From a virus: a stretch of 64,000 nucleotides of DNA. This document shows, piece after piece, positions 38,955 to 48,200 of this stretch; position 1 is the stretch's first letter; each line of letters starts with the position of its first letter. The DNA lies in IMG/VR virus record IMGVR_UViG_3300017917_001342, positions 247,669-311,668 of that record; one strand, 5' to 3'. Made by a program: the position numbers and the translations under genes. The notes under the pieces were generated by a model. It had not been told where the DNA came from. It made no database searches and worked only from the letters and a program-made list of their open reading frames with translations.

Positions 38955-39034
38955 TTTATCTCCTCATAAAGCAAGATATGCAACATCTGCCTAAGGCCAG
39001 ACACTGCATGTCTAATATATATATTTTTTCTTAA

Positions 39035-39565
39035 TTAGTCAAGAGTTTGCTCAAGATATTGTGCCAGTTGAAATATATTAAGCTTATCTTCATTTACTTC
39101 TACCCAACCGACAACACTTATGCCTGCTTCTTTAACTGTATCTCTGCTACCACTTACTAGATGATGCCACCAGTGCAAAGGCTTATTGTGTTTCAACAAT
39201 TTATATGCGCAGGTATCTGGCAATAGTCCGGGGGTGTCTATCACGTCTAGCGTAACTTTCATACAGTTACTTACACGCTGTTGACGATTGATATAGTCTG
39301 TGCATTTTGCAGTTTTAACATCAAGCAGTTTACAGGCGATTTTACAACTTTTGACTTCATAGCCTTTCCAAGCTTTTACTAAACAGCAGCGCCCGCACCC
39401 ATCGCAGAGTTCGTCCCACTGCTGCGTTGTCATTGATTCAAGTGGAATAGTTTCCCACCATTTATCAACTGTAGCTGCTAAGGTCGACTGGTCGCATTCT
39501 AACGATCGGTGTTGGTTCTGCTGGTGGTTCGCCTCTGTTGATGCCGTGTACATGTTCCATACCAT
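39035..39565 (-). CDS. ycgN: YcgN/UPF0260-family Fe-S-like small protein (CDGCGRCC motif)
   Basis: WDELCDGCGRCCL and downstream Cys residues match YcgN. The first ~90 nt overlap the PPIase gene out of frame, so the start is uncertain. Confidence 0.6.
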   Translation of the reverse strand: MVWNMYTASTEANHQQNQHRSLECDQSTLAATVDKWWETIPLESMTTQQWDELCDGCGRCCLVKAWKGYEVKSCKIACKLLDVKTAKCTDYINRQQRVSNCMKVTLDVIDTPGLLPDTCAYKLLKHNKPLHWWHHLVSGSRDTVKEAGISVVGWVEVNEDKLNIFQLAQYLEQTLD

Positions 39566-39914
39566 ATATGACTTTGCCCCACACAGTATATTGTCTATCT
39601 AAGAAACGTGCATCACCAAAACAGATAAAAAATTGATCGCTAGCACTGTTTGGATCAGGAGTTCTTGCCATACTGCAAATACCTTCTGTGTGTGGTACAT
39701 CATTAAATTCTGCTACAAGTTGCGGCAATGTTTTTTGTGTCCAACCGCCCTGTGCCATAAAGCCTTCTATAACACGATGAAACACTGTACCATCATAAAG
39801 TCCTTGTTCAGCTTGTGACAAAATCTGTGCAACGTGGTTTGGTGCTTTATCTGGATAGCATTCTATCAAAACTACACCGGCTGGCAAATGCATTTTTAAA
39901 ACTGGATTACTCAA
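39465..39914 (-). CDS. cyclophilin-type peptidyl-prolyl cis-trans isomerase (TTG start)
   Basis: FHRVIEGFMAQGG and WGKVIYGME signatures of cyclophilin. Confidence 0.8.
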   Translation of the reverse strand: MSNPVLKMHLPAGVVLIECYPDKAPNHVAQILSQAEQGLYDGTVFHRVIEGFMAQGGWTQKTLPQLVAEFNDVPHTEGICSMARTPDPNSASDQFFICFGDARFLDRQYTVWGKVIYGMEHVHGINRGEPPAEPTPIVRMRPVDLSSYS

Positions 39915-39974
39915 CGTAATAGATCCTTATAATATAATAATAAGATTATAACTCAAAAGTTTAACATTGCAAAA

Positions 39975-40880
39975 ATGGTAAATAACTCCATGTGTATAAT
40001 AGCTGCAAAATATTTCGATGGTGTCGGCTGGGTCGGTGTAAAAAACCGAGATAGAAATTATATACCGGAGATCAGCTTTAAACGTCAAAAGAAAAATGGC
40101 GTTGAAATCATGTTATTTTGGGATGACATTACACAATATTGCGAAGGTATGAACTCCGGTGGTGTTTGCATATTATCTGCAAGCCTTATGGTGTTAGATG
40201 ACGAAAAAGAAATAACCAAACGTTCTAAAACACCTAGCAAAGATGGCATTAAGATTAAAAAAGCACTGCAATATCCCAATGTCAAAGCCGTTGCAATGAG
40301 TTTAATCAAAAGCAAGCTGACCGGTAACACCATCATTTTTGACAAAGACACCTGTTATCTGTTAGAAGGTGCGTGGCGCAGAGGCGGATATAGCGATAGA
40401 GATTATCGTTATAAAATACACGAAATACCTCGTGACAAGTTTGTTGCTAGAACCAATCACGGTGTATGGATAAAAGATGCAGGGTATCAACGCAATCCAG
40501 AGAATGATGCCGAAACACTCAGTCGTGTAAGCAGCGAAAGTCGCAAGGCAATCGGAGATCATGTTACTAAACGTGCTAATACTCCGGAAGAATTGATAGA
40601 CGGTTTAGCAGGCACATGGACCAATAATCCGCAGTTAAACGGTTTGCGAACTGCTAAAGGCAAAAAGCAAATGCGTACTACAAGTCAAATCATGCTTATA
40701 CCTAGTGAAGATACAATGTTTGTCAGACCAGTTCAAAGTCATATGACTTTTAACTTCTGGGATCTAAATAAACCTGACAATGATCTATGGGTAGAAATAC
40801 TAAGTAACAGAGTATTACATCAGCATAAAAAGGAAGGTGGCGAACCACCGTTCCCTAAAATGAATCATTCTACAAAATAA
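39975..40880 (+). CDS. hypothetical 301-aa protein; Met-Cys near the N-terminus (MVNNSMCIIAAKY) suggests a possible Ntn-hydrolase fold
   Basis: ORF. The function is only a weak guess from the N-terminal Cys. Confidence 0.5.
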   Translation: MVNNSMCIIAAKYFDGVGWVGVKNRDRNYIPEISFKRQKKNGVEIMLFWDDITQYCEGMNSGGVCILSASLMVLDDEKEITKRSKTPSKDGIKIKKALQYPNVKAVAMSLIKSKLTGNTIIFDKDTCYLLEGAWRRGGYSDRDYRYKIHEIPRDKFVARTNHGVWIKDAGYQRNPENDAETLSRVSSESRKAIGDHVTKRANTPEELIDGLAGTWTNNPQLNGLRTAKGKKQMRTTSQIMLIPSEDTMFVRPVQSHMTFNFWDLNKPDNDLWVEILSNRVLHQHKKEGGEPPFPKMNHSTK

Positions 40881-41579
40881 ATGATATCAAATAAAAAAGT
40901 TCTACTATTTGGTGATAGCTTTGCAGATAAAAATTCAGTCGGCGAATATGTGGGCTGGCCTGGTTTGCTAGAAAGCTATTATAAAGTTACAAATTTTGCA
41001 GTTTCTGGATCTAGTCCGGATCATCAATTAAAATTGATGTTGGATTTTATAGAAAACACTGACAGTCACAGCTTCAAAGACACTGTGGTAATATTTTTAA
41101 TATCCAGTCCAAATAGATTTGTTTTCAACTTTTATAAGAATCCGTCTGATCATCATTTATCAATTCATCTAGCTTATTACGAATCTGCAGACCTGTCATA
41201 TCACGATGAATTGTCGCCGTATTTAAAATACAAAAAATTTGTAGAAGATTTTTACAAATATTATGCACTTAATGACGAATTTCAACTTACTCATGTGTTG
41301 AAAATATTAGGTATGCTGAATTTGTATTCAACTCTGTTTGATAAAGTATTAGTTTGGCCTATATTTGAAAATTTGCCGTACAAATTACCAACGATGTCTG
41401 ACAAAATGACATTTGTCAGTACACCGTTATTCAATATAGAGGGTAACCCTTACTGTAATGATGATAAACGACCAAACCATTTAATTAAAGAAAACCATCA
41501 TATTATGGTATCGCAATTAATAGAATGGATAGAAACTAATCGATCAATTGATCTTGATCAGTTCAAATGGACCAAATAA
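40881..41579 (+). CDS. SGNH/GDSL-family hydrolase
   Basis: N-terminal VLLFGDSFAD (GDS-x-x-D block I). Stop and start abut (TAAATG). Confidence 0.65.
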   Translation: MISNKKVLLFGDSFADKNSVGEYVGWPGLLESYYKVTNFAVSGSSPDHQLKLMLDFIENTDSHSFKDTVVIFLISSPNRFVFNFYKNPSDHHLSIHLAYYESADLSYHDELSPYLKYKKFVEDFYKYYALNDEFQLTHVLKILGMLNLYSTLFDKVLVWPIFENLPYKLPTMSDKMTFVSTPLFNIEGNPYCNDDKRPNHLIKENHHIMVSQLIEWIETNRSIDLDQFKWTK

Positions 41580-41597
41580 AGTCTTAAAACTTTGGAT

Positions 41598-41909
41598 TTA
41601 TTCTACAGGTGTAATATCTGCCTGCAACGGAAATCCACTTTGTCTAGCAATTGTAACGGTTTCGTCACGTTTCTGAGATGCAACTTCGTGACTGTAAGTA
41701 CCTGCAATACCTTTGTCATTGTTATGAATGTGCATCATAATATCCTGCGCTTCTTCAAAGGTCTTATGAAAAATTTGCATAAGAACAAGCACAACAAATT
41801 CCATACTGGTTTGATCATCATTGTATAACCAAACATTCCACATTCTAGGTGGGGTAAGTGTAACTTTATCTACTACAGTGACAACAGTGCCTGTTTTAGT
41901 ATTAGCCAA
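41598..41909 (-). CDS. clpS: ATP-dependent Clp protease adaptor ClpS
   Basis: YNDDQTSMEFVVLVLMQIFHKTFEEAQDIMMHIH core conserved in ClpS. Confidence 0.85.
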   Translation of the reverse strand: MANTKTGTVVTVVDKVTLTPPRMWNVWLYNDDQTSMEFVVLVLMQIFHKTFEEAQDIMMHIHNNDKGIAGTYSHEVASQKRDETVTIARQSGFPLQADITPVE

Positions 41910-41974
41910 AATAATCTCCTAAGTTCTTTGTAAGTATGCGGTTGACCGCTAGTGCAGTCAACCGCATGTTAAAT

Positions 41975-42451
41975 TTAGTTGTTGTCTGTACTTACTTTGA
42001 CATCGACGATATTACCGTTTGTAATAGGAATACTACGACCCTTAGCTGGTTCGGGTATTTCTCGCAGTAATTCAATTACCAGTAGACCGTCTTCAAGTTT
42101 AGCAGATACGACTTTAATATGTTCTGCTAGTGTGAATTGTCGCTCAAAATCGCGTGCTGCAATACCACGATGCAGCCAATTGCGTTCTGGTTGGTCTGTG
42201 TTTTTACTGCCTTTGACGCTTAGTATGCGATCATTTGTAATATCGATACTGAGTTCGTCTAACTTAAACCCGGCCACTGCTAGCTCAAGACGATATGTGT
42301 CACCGTCACAGTCTAGGTTGTAAGGTGGGTAACCGTTTGCTTGTGTAACATTGATGTTGTTGATACGTGTAAGCATAGGCTCAAAACCTATAGCAAAACG
42401 ATTTAGATCTCTAAAAAGATCATCGATCATGAGAGATGGTAATTGACGCAT
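41975..42451 (-). CDS. Hsp20/alpha-crystallin family small heat-shock protein (IbpA/B-like)
   Basis: Alpha-crystallin domain (YRLELAVAGFKLDELSIDI ... LLVIEL). AGGAGG Shine-Dalgarno. Confidence 0.85.
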   Translation of the reverse strand: MRQLPSLMIDDLFRDLNRFAIGFEPMLTRINNINVTQANGYPPYNLDCDGDTYRLELAVAGFKLDELSIDITNDRILSVKGSKNTDQPERNWLHRGIAARDFERQFTLAEHIKVVSAKLEDGLLVIELLREIPEPAKGRSIPITNGNIVDVKVSTDNN

Positions 42452-42544
42452 TTATACCTCCTAATATAGCGAAGCACTACCTTAAGTGGGCCTCGAAAGC
42501 GCCCACACTATATATTTAATAACGTGTGAGCGCAAAGTCAAGAG

Positions 42545-43798
42545 TTAGTTGGCAGCTTCTGCGGTTTTATTGTATATTTTCAATGGGTCGCTGCGTTCGT
42601 TAACAACATCTTCTGTAACGACAATCCTACGAATACCTTCGCCGGCCATAGACGGTAGTTCAAATTGCGAACGTAGTAGAATCTTTTCTAAAATACTACG
42701 CAGCCCTCTTGCACCAGTTTTACGTTCCATAGACTGCTTTGCAATTGCACGGAGCGCATCAGTTTGAAATTCAAGGTCAATTCCTTCAATTTTAAACATT
42801 TTTTGGTACTGTTTAACAATTGCGTTCTTTGGTTCGGTGAGAATGTTAACTAGATCGTCTTCTTTGAGATCACAGAATGGTACCATAACTGGAATACGAC
42901 CAATAAGTTCTGGGATAAGTCCGAACTTAATAAGATCTTCCTGCCTAGTTTGTGAGATCAATTCAAACGTATCTTTGTCACTGAGTGACTCACCCGGCAA
43001 CGATGCACCAAAGCCAATGCCAGCACCCTTGTCTAGTCGCTTGCTGATGATATCAGTTAGCCCAACAAATGCACCACCTAGGATGAACAAGATATTCTTT
43101 GTGTTGATTAGAATATATTCACCATGTGGATTTTTACGACCGCCGGTTGGTGGTACTTTGACTTCGCAGCCTTCGATCATTTTAAGCAGTGCTTGCTGAA
43201 CACCTTCACCGCTTACATCGCGTGTAATACTAGTGTTTTCGCTTTTACGGCCTTTTTTGTCAATTTCGTCAATGTACACAATACCACGTTCTGTACGCTC
43301 AACGTCTTGATCAGCAGCTTGATATAGTCGTGCAATAGCTTCTTCAACATCAAGTCCAACATATCCGCTTTCTGTAAGACTGGTAGCATCAATGATAACC
43401 ATTGGAACATCAAGCAGTTTTGCAGCTTGTTGAATGATGTAGGTTTTACCAACACCAGTTGGTCCGATGAACATTAGGTTGGTTTTATCAATCTCAACAT
43501 CGTCAATCACTGGATTGTTGATGCGCTTCATGTGAGAATAGATTGCAACACTCAGCATCATCTTAGCTTGGTGCTGGCCAACCATTCGTTCGTCGAGATA
43601 CGCCATAATTTTATCGGGTGTAAGTACACCAAAATCTTTTGGCTGTTTGACGAATTCTTCTTTAAGAACCCCGTAACATAGTTCTACACATTCGTTACAA
43701 ATGTATACATCGTTACCACTGATCAGCTTATTGACCTCTGTTTGATTCTTACCGCAGAAACTGCAAGAATATGTAGGACGTGAACTATCCCTGGCCAT
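42545..43798 (-). CDS. clpX: ATP-dependent Clp protease ATP-binding subunit ClpX
   Basis: N-terminal C4 zinc finger (CSFCGK ... CNEC), Walker A GPTGVGKT and sensor motifs. Length 417 aa. Confidence 0.95.
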   Translation of the reverse strand: MARDSSRPTYSCSFCGKNQTEVNKLISGNDVYICNECVELCYGVLKEEFVKQPKDFGVLTPDKIMAYLDERMVGQHQAKMMLSVAIYSHMKRINNPVIDDVEIDKTNLMFIGPTGVGKTYIIQQAAKLLDVPMVIIDATSLTESGYVGLDVEEAIARLYQAADQDVERTERGIVYIDEIDKKGRKSENTSITRDVSGEGVQQALLKMIEGCEVKVPPTGGRKNPHGEYILINTKNILFILGGAFVGLTDIISKRLDKGAGIGFGASLPGESLSDKDTFELISQTRQEDLIKFGLIPELIGRIPVMVPFCDLKEDDLVNILTEPKNAIVKQYQKMFKIEGIDLEFQTDALRAIAKQSMERKTGARGLRSILEKILLRSQFELPSMAGEGIRRIVVTEDVVNERSDPLKIYNKTAEAAN

Positions 43799-43801
43799 AG
43801 A

Positions 43802-45553
43802 TTAATCCTCTGTTTTATTGTTTGCGTGATTTTGTAATCTCTGCTGATGCAGAGTTTTGAGTCTGTTTAAAAATTCAACGGTAGTTTGTGTATCTGTCAC
43901 TATTTGTTCTACTACAGGCAATCTGTCTATCAATTGCCATTCTAATTTGTCGTCTTTTGATACTACTTGGTTGTCGACCTGATTGTCAACAGTGGGAATG
44001 TCATCTTCAACTACAGGTGTGCGAACAATAGGTTCTTCAAAAGACATTTCATATTGTGTAGTATTTTGTTCGGCAACTATAGTTAAATCATTTGATACAC
44101 CATCGAACGATATAGTATGGTTTGATGGTGTTGCTGCTGGTTCAACCACTCTAGTTGTCTCAGTTACAGCAGTAGAACTTAAAACTGTGTTTAGTTTAGA
44201 TATTTCTGTTTGAAGAGTGTTTATAGCCGGTACTAGTTGTTCAATTCCTTGAATTACAACGGGCTCTGTTGTTTTTTCAGGTTGAACACTGTGTTCTTCT
44301 TTGGGTTCAATAAACGGTTGTTCAGCAGTGACTGATTGGATAGGCGGTGCATTTTTATTTTTGCGTAACCCATATTCTGCAAGACCTTGGTTTGCAGCTA
44401 TCAACATTAATATTGCCAAAGGATCAAACACTACAATTATAACAAGTATAACACCGCGAACTGCTTTTTCTAAAAGATTAGTGTCCGGATTATTACCGTA
44501 CATCATTTCAGCGATGTATTTTAGTGGCCCGACTTCTACTTCAAGTTTTCTATATTCAGCTTCTAAACCGAATTTCTGTTCAGTTAGTGTAGCAATTTCT
44601 TTTTCAGCAGCAGCAATTGCAGATTTTTGTTTTTCTATGTCGGCTGCAACTTGACTGTTGTCGGTTGTACCTAACTGTTGCCTTAATCGGTTAATTAATT
44701 CATTTGAGTTGGCAATTTCTTTTTCTGCAATACTACGCAAACGTTGAATCTCTGCACGAGCAGCATCAATTGTAGGCGACGTAATTTTAGCACTTTCTGC
44801 TGCAATTGACTCAGTTAATCGTTGTTTTTCTGCTAGCTGTGCAGTTTTATATGCTTCAATTGCACGTTCTGTTGCAGGACCCAGATTGCCATCTGCCTTG
44901 ACACCTACTAATGCCTGTACTGCTTTGACATTACCTGCTGTGATATTTTCTTCTATGCTTTTGAGATTTTGATCAATTGCAGCAACTTGATCTTTATATA
45001 AATTTGCAGTAGTGCCTAGTCGTTCTTCTTCTTTTGCGATAATAGTGTTTTGTTCATCTATTGCAGGTTGAATGCGACTATATGCACTGTCAATGCGAGT
45101 TTGTTCTCTATCAATTTGTGCTTGTATTTCAGAGTCTTGGTTTACTCCGGCGGTTTCTAATTTTGCAATTTCTTTTTCTGCTTCAGATACAACAGTTTCT
45201 TGACGTTTAATCTGTGTATCTATTTGTTCAAGTCGTGCCACACCTTCTGTTGCTTTAGCTGTTTGGTCGATATGTGCTTTGGACAGATATCCAAAAATAC
45301 CCATACTGGTAATGCACATGAGAATTACCACAGCCGCGCTGAGATATGCTTTCAATGCAAATGGTGTTTTATTCCAGTTATTGTATAACCAACTTGCAAC
45401 AATAACTTTGCTGGCTTCCAATATACCAGCCATGATGATAATAGGTATGAAAGCACCTGCGAAAATGCTTGCCATACCTATTACACTGTAATAACCTGCT
45501 ACAGCACTAAGCCCAATTGCTGCTACAAACATAAGCACGGTTGACAACATCAA
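43802..45553 (-). CDS. membrane-anchored long coiled-coil protein (583 aa; N-terminal TMs, ~250-aa coiled coil, internal TM, Thr/Val-rich C-terminus)
   Basis: Hydrophobic and heptad patterns. Lies 3 nt upstream of clpX. Confidence 0.6.
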   Translation of the reverse strand: MMLSTVLMFVAAIGLSAVAGYYSVIGMASIFAGAFIPIIIMAGILEASKVIVASWLYNNWNKTPFALKAYLSAAVVILMCITSMGIFGYLSKAHIDQTAKATEGVARLEQIDTQIKRQETVVSEAEKEIAKLETAGVNQDSEIQAQIDREQTRIDSAYSRIQPAIDEQNTIIAKEEERLGTTANLYKDQVAAIDQNLKSIEENITAGNVKAVQALVGVKADGNLGPATERAIEAYKTAQLAEKQRLTESIAAESAKITSPTIDAARAEIQRLRSIAEKEIANSNELINRLRQQLGTTDNSQVAADIEKQKSAIAAAEKEIATLTEQKFGLEAEYRKLEVEVGPLKYIAEMMYGNNPDTNLLEKAVRGVILVIIVVFDPLAILMLIAANQGLAEYGLRKNKNAPPIQSVTAEQPFIEPKEEHSVQPEKTTEPVVIQGIEQLVPAINTLQTEISKLNTVLSSTAVTETTRVVEPAATPSNHTISFDGVSNDLTIVAEQNTTQYEMSFEEPIVRTPVVEDDIPTVDNQVDNQVVSKDDKLEWQLIDRLPVVEQIVTDTQTTVEFLNRLKTLHQQRLQNHANNKTED

Positions 45554-45609
45554 ATATCCCTCACGACAATTAACTATTGTACCGAATAACTGCTATTTGT
45601 CAACGACTA

Positions 45610-46767
45610 TTAGGCGTTAGCTATTTGAGTAACTGCTATATTTCCTTCAACTGTTTGTATGTTTGCAACTGTATCAATAGCAGCCGCAGTAACCTGTTGC
45701 ACCACTGTTTGTACTGGTGTATATGCAACATTACTGCCGCCTATTACCACATTGCTGTTCCAAATGTTTCTGTTGGTAATCCAAGTGCTAGTTAATGCTC
45801 TAGCGATTAAACGCTTGAGCGCCGCAGGACCTACTAACTCTGTGTTTACGGTTTCCGGCTCCCCTGCAACTGTGCGAGTAACTAGCTGATCAATGTGTTC
45901 GATACCAACAGTCCATGCTACTGTGGTTGGCGGTGCATTACCAGATACTGTTGATCCGGTAAGTGCAATCGCACCGTAGACTGTGGCTGTTAAATTGCTT
46001 TCAATATAACTTGCAACACCTGTCCAACGCATATTACCACGTTCAATGTCCTTTGCCTGTGCAAAGGTCATGTTTGGTATATAAACTGTGCTTGCTGCAA
46101 ATCCAATATCGGATGCTGCACTGCCAGTGTCTGCGCCAAAATAGATAGGTGACAAGCTTTGACTATTAAGCTGAATCTTGTTTGTATATGGTGTTGCATA
46201 TACACCAGTCTGTTCACTTACTGCATTTATGGTATTGCATACGCCTGCTAGTGTTAATGCACCAGTGACAAAAGTAATTGTCACACCGTTGATAACAATA
46301 GTTTCAGCGTTGGACGGGCTACTAAATGATCCACCATAGATTGGACTTTGGTATGTAAATGCACCAACTGGTAAACCTATTGTAGTTAAAGGTGTACCCG
46401 AGACGTTTGCAAGTACAATTGGCAATGTGCTTTGTGGCCATGCACTTTGTAATGTAATGTAGTTTGTTGCAGTTATAGATGCCATTACATTTGTATACTG
46501 GCTCATTAAATTAAAACGGTCTACAATGTCACTTACAGTGTCGCCAGAGTCAAATGGTCCTATAATATAACCGTTGCAACTCAATGTATCACCTGTTGTC
46601 ATTGTAGGCGATGCGTTGTAACTGGATACCGCAACCATTGTGTGATATTGGTTACTGGTGTACGGTGATATACCACCAGCAGTAGTATCTGAACCTGTAT
46701 AATTTGTTGGACTATTAAGAGTCCATGTTACCCTGTAGTAAGTCGGTGTTGGTTTAAAAGTGGCCAT
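45610..46767 (-). CDS. hypothetical Thr/Ser/Gly-rich probable virion structural protein (385 aa)
   Basis: Composition typical of phage fibre or decoration proteins. No motif. Confidence 0.5.
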   Translation of the reverse strand: MATFKPTPTYYRVTWTLNSPTNYTGSDTTAGGISPYTSNQYHTMVAVSSYNASPTMTTGDTLSCNGYIIGPFDSGDTVSDIVDRFNLMSQYTNVMASITATNYITLQSAWPQSTLPIVLANVSGTPLTTIGLPVGAFTYQSPIYGGSFSSPSNAETIVINGVTITFVTGALTLAGVCNTINAVSEQTGVYATPYTNKIQLNSQSLSPIYFGADTGSAASDIGFAASTVYIPNMTFAQAKDIERGNMRWTGVASYIESNLTATVYGAIALTGSTVSGNAPPTTVAWTVGIEHIDQLVTRTVAGEPETVNTELVGPAALKRLIARALTSTWITNRNIWNSNVVIGGSNVAYTPVQTVVQQVTAAAIDTVANIQTVEGNIAVTQIANA

Positions 46768-46845
46768 CTAATGATTCTCCGGGCTATGCTTGGAATATTT
46801 AGTCAAAATGACTGTACAGATACCAAATCAATAAATATCGAGTAG

Positions 46846-46874
46846 TTGCATATTTGCACTACATAGATTATAAT
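46846..46874 (+). promoter_or_regulatory. strong sigma70-type promoter (TTGCAT, 17-nt spacer, TATAAT) for the queD-like gene
   Basis: Perfect -10, 5/6 -35 and exact 17-nt spacing, about 85 nt upstream of the ATG. Confidence 0.55.
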
Positions 46875-46959
46875 TTCTTTATAAGGCAAAGTGGTCTAAG
46901 ACGCTCATCCCACTCTAAATACTCTGCGTGTCGTCAAACTTACTTATGAAAGGCAAGAG

Positions 46960-47475
46960 ATGACAAAATACGAACCAGTACATTACAAGTACACCAGCAC
47001 CAAAGAATACCACGACGCATTTCCCTGTGCTTATCGACAGTGGCGTGCAGACAGTCATTGTAATCTAATTCATGGTTACAGTTTTAACATGAAATTTTAC
47101 TTCGGTACCAATGATCTTGATGCTCGTAATTGGGCTGCTGATTATGGTGGACTAAAAGAACTAAAACGTTTCTTAGAAGATCAATTTGACCACACTCTGC
47201 TGGTTGCACAAGACGATCCAGAATTTGAATTCTACAAAGAAATGGAACGTCGTAAGCTGGCAAAACTCACTGTATTACCAAAACTAGGTTGTGAAGGTCT
47301 AGCAGACACACTTTACAAATATGTAAACGGTGTTTACATTCCAGACATGTGGGGTCCAGGCGAAGCTGCAAGACTGTGGTGTTACAGAGTCGAAGTTCGA
47401 GAAACACAAAGCAATATGGCTTTCCGCGAAGGTCATAGAGAATGGGAAGAAGATCTTTTTGCAGATTACAAGTAA
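46960..47475 (+). CDS. queD: 6-pyruvoyl-tetrahydropterin synthase / QueD-family protein
   Basis: C-x5-HGH zinc motif (SHCNLIHGYSF) and a size typical of PTPS/QueD. Confidence 0.7.
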   Translation: MTKYEPVHYKYTSTKEYHDAFPCAYRQWRADSHCNLIHGYSFNMKFYFGTNDLDARNWAADYGGLKELKRFLEDQFDHTLLVAQDDPEFEFYKEMERRKLAKLTVLPKLGCEGLADTLYKYVNGVYIPDMWGPGEAARLWCYRVEVRETQSNMAFREGHREWEEDLFADYK

Positions 47476-47507
47476 AATAAAAGCCCCGCTTAGCGGGGCT
47501 TTTTTAT
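47473..47507. terminator. bidirectional intrinsic terminator (AAAATAAAA-GCCCCGC-TTA-GCGGGGC-TTTTTTAT)
   Basis: GC stem flanked by an A-tract and a T-tract. Sits between convergent genes. Confidence 0.7.
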
Positions 47508-48154
47508 GACAACAACATGCTTTTTTGATGCCCTACTCTTATAGTAGGATCAACATATATAGTTTCACCTATGTCTGCTGCACTCCAACAGAATCCCACA
47601 TCTTCTGCCGTAAACTCTGAAAACACACCGTCTTCTACCCACCGTGGCCTAAACCATGGGTATTCCATACGTTCCATTACGCCTTTGGCAACTGCAACAA
47701 ATCCAAAGCCAACATAGTTTGCAGTGAACAGATTGGTTCTAGAATCGAGCTCACTGCGCTGCATAAAATCAAACTTGCCGTTTTTCAGTAGATTATTGTA
47801 ATCAAGACGTTCGACTATGGGAAACTCATTGACATTTTGTGTTGGGTAACAGCCACTAACAATGGGTTTGTTGTGCGATAACAGTTTTAGTACGTCTTCA
47901 CCTTTCCATACAATATCACTGTCAATCCATACTTGGTAATCGTAGTCAATATTGCCACCAAATGGTTTTTGTTTTCTACCGTCTACATTGTTACCACCTA
48001 GTACGCGATTTCTTGCATAGTACACAACTGGATCATAAGCAACACTAAATGCCCATTCTATATTGTTTGCACCGCAAGTGGTAATAGTGTCTGTCCATGA
48101 CCGCATCCAAAGATCACTAAATTCTCTGCCGGGTACACAAAATATTACTCTCAT
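47504..48154 (-). CDS. hypothetical 216-aa protein
   Basis: ORF. Confidence 0.5.
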   Translation of the reverse strand: MRVIFCVPGREFSDLWMRSWTDTITTCGANNIEWAFSVAYDPVVYYARNRVLGGNNVDGRKQKPFGGNIDYDYQVWIDSDIVWKGEDVLKLLSHNKPIVSGCYPTQNVNEFPIVERLDYNNLLKNGKFDFMQRSELDSRTNLFTANYVGFGFVAVAKGVMERMEYPWFRPRWVEDGVFSEFTAEDVGFCWSAADIGETIYVDPTIRVGHQKSMLLS

Positions 48155-48200
48155 GTGATTTGCCTTTGTTTTTATTAAACTATAAAGACAATTGGCACGT

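Noticed and set aside
42452-42544. Possible sigma32 heat-shock promoter upstream of the Hsp20 gene (GCCCACTT resembling CCCCATNT)
   Set aside because: No CTTGAAA-like -35 at the required 13-15-nt spacing. The element is better described as a 7-bp hairpin (AGTGGGC...GCCCACT).
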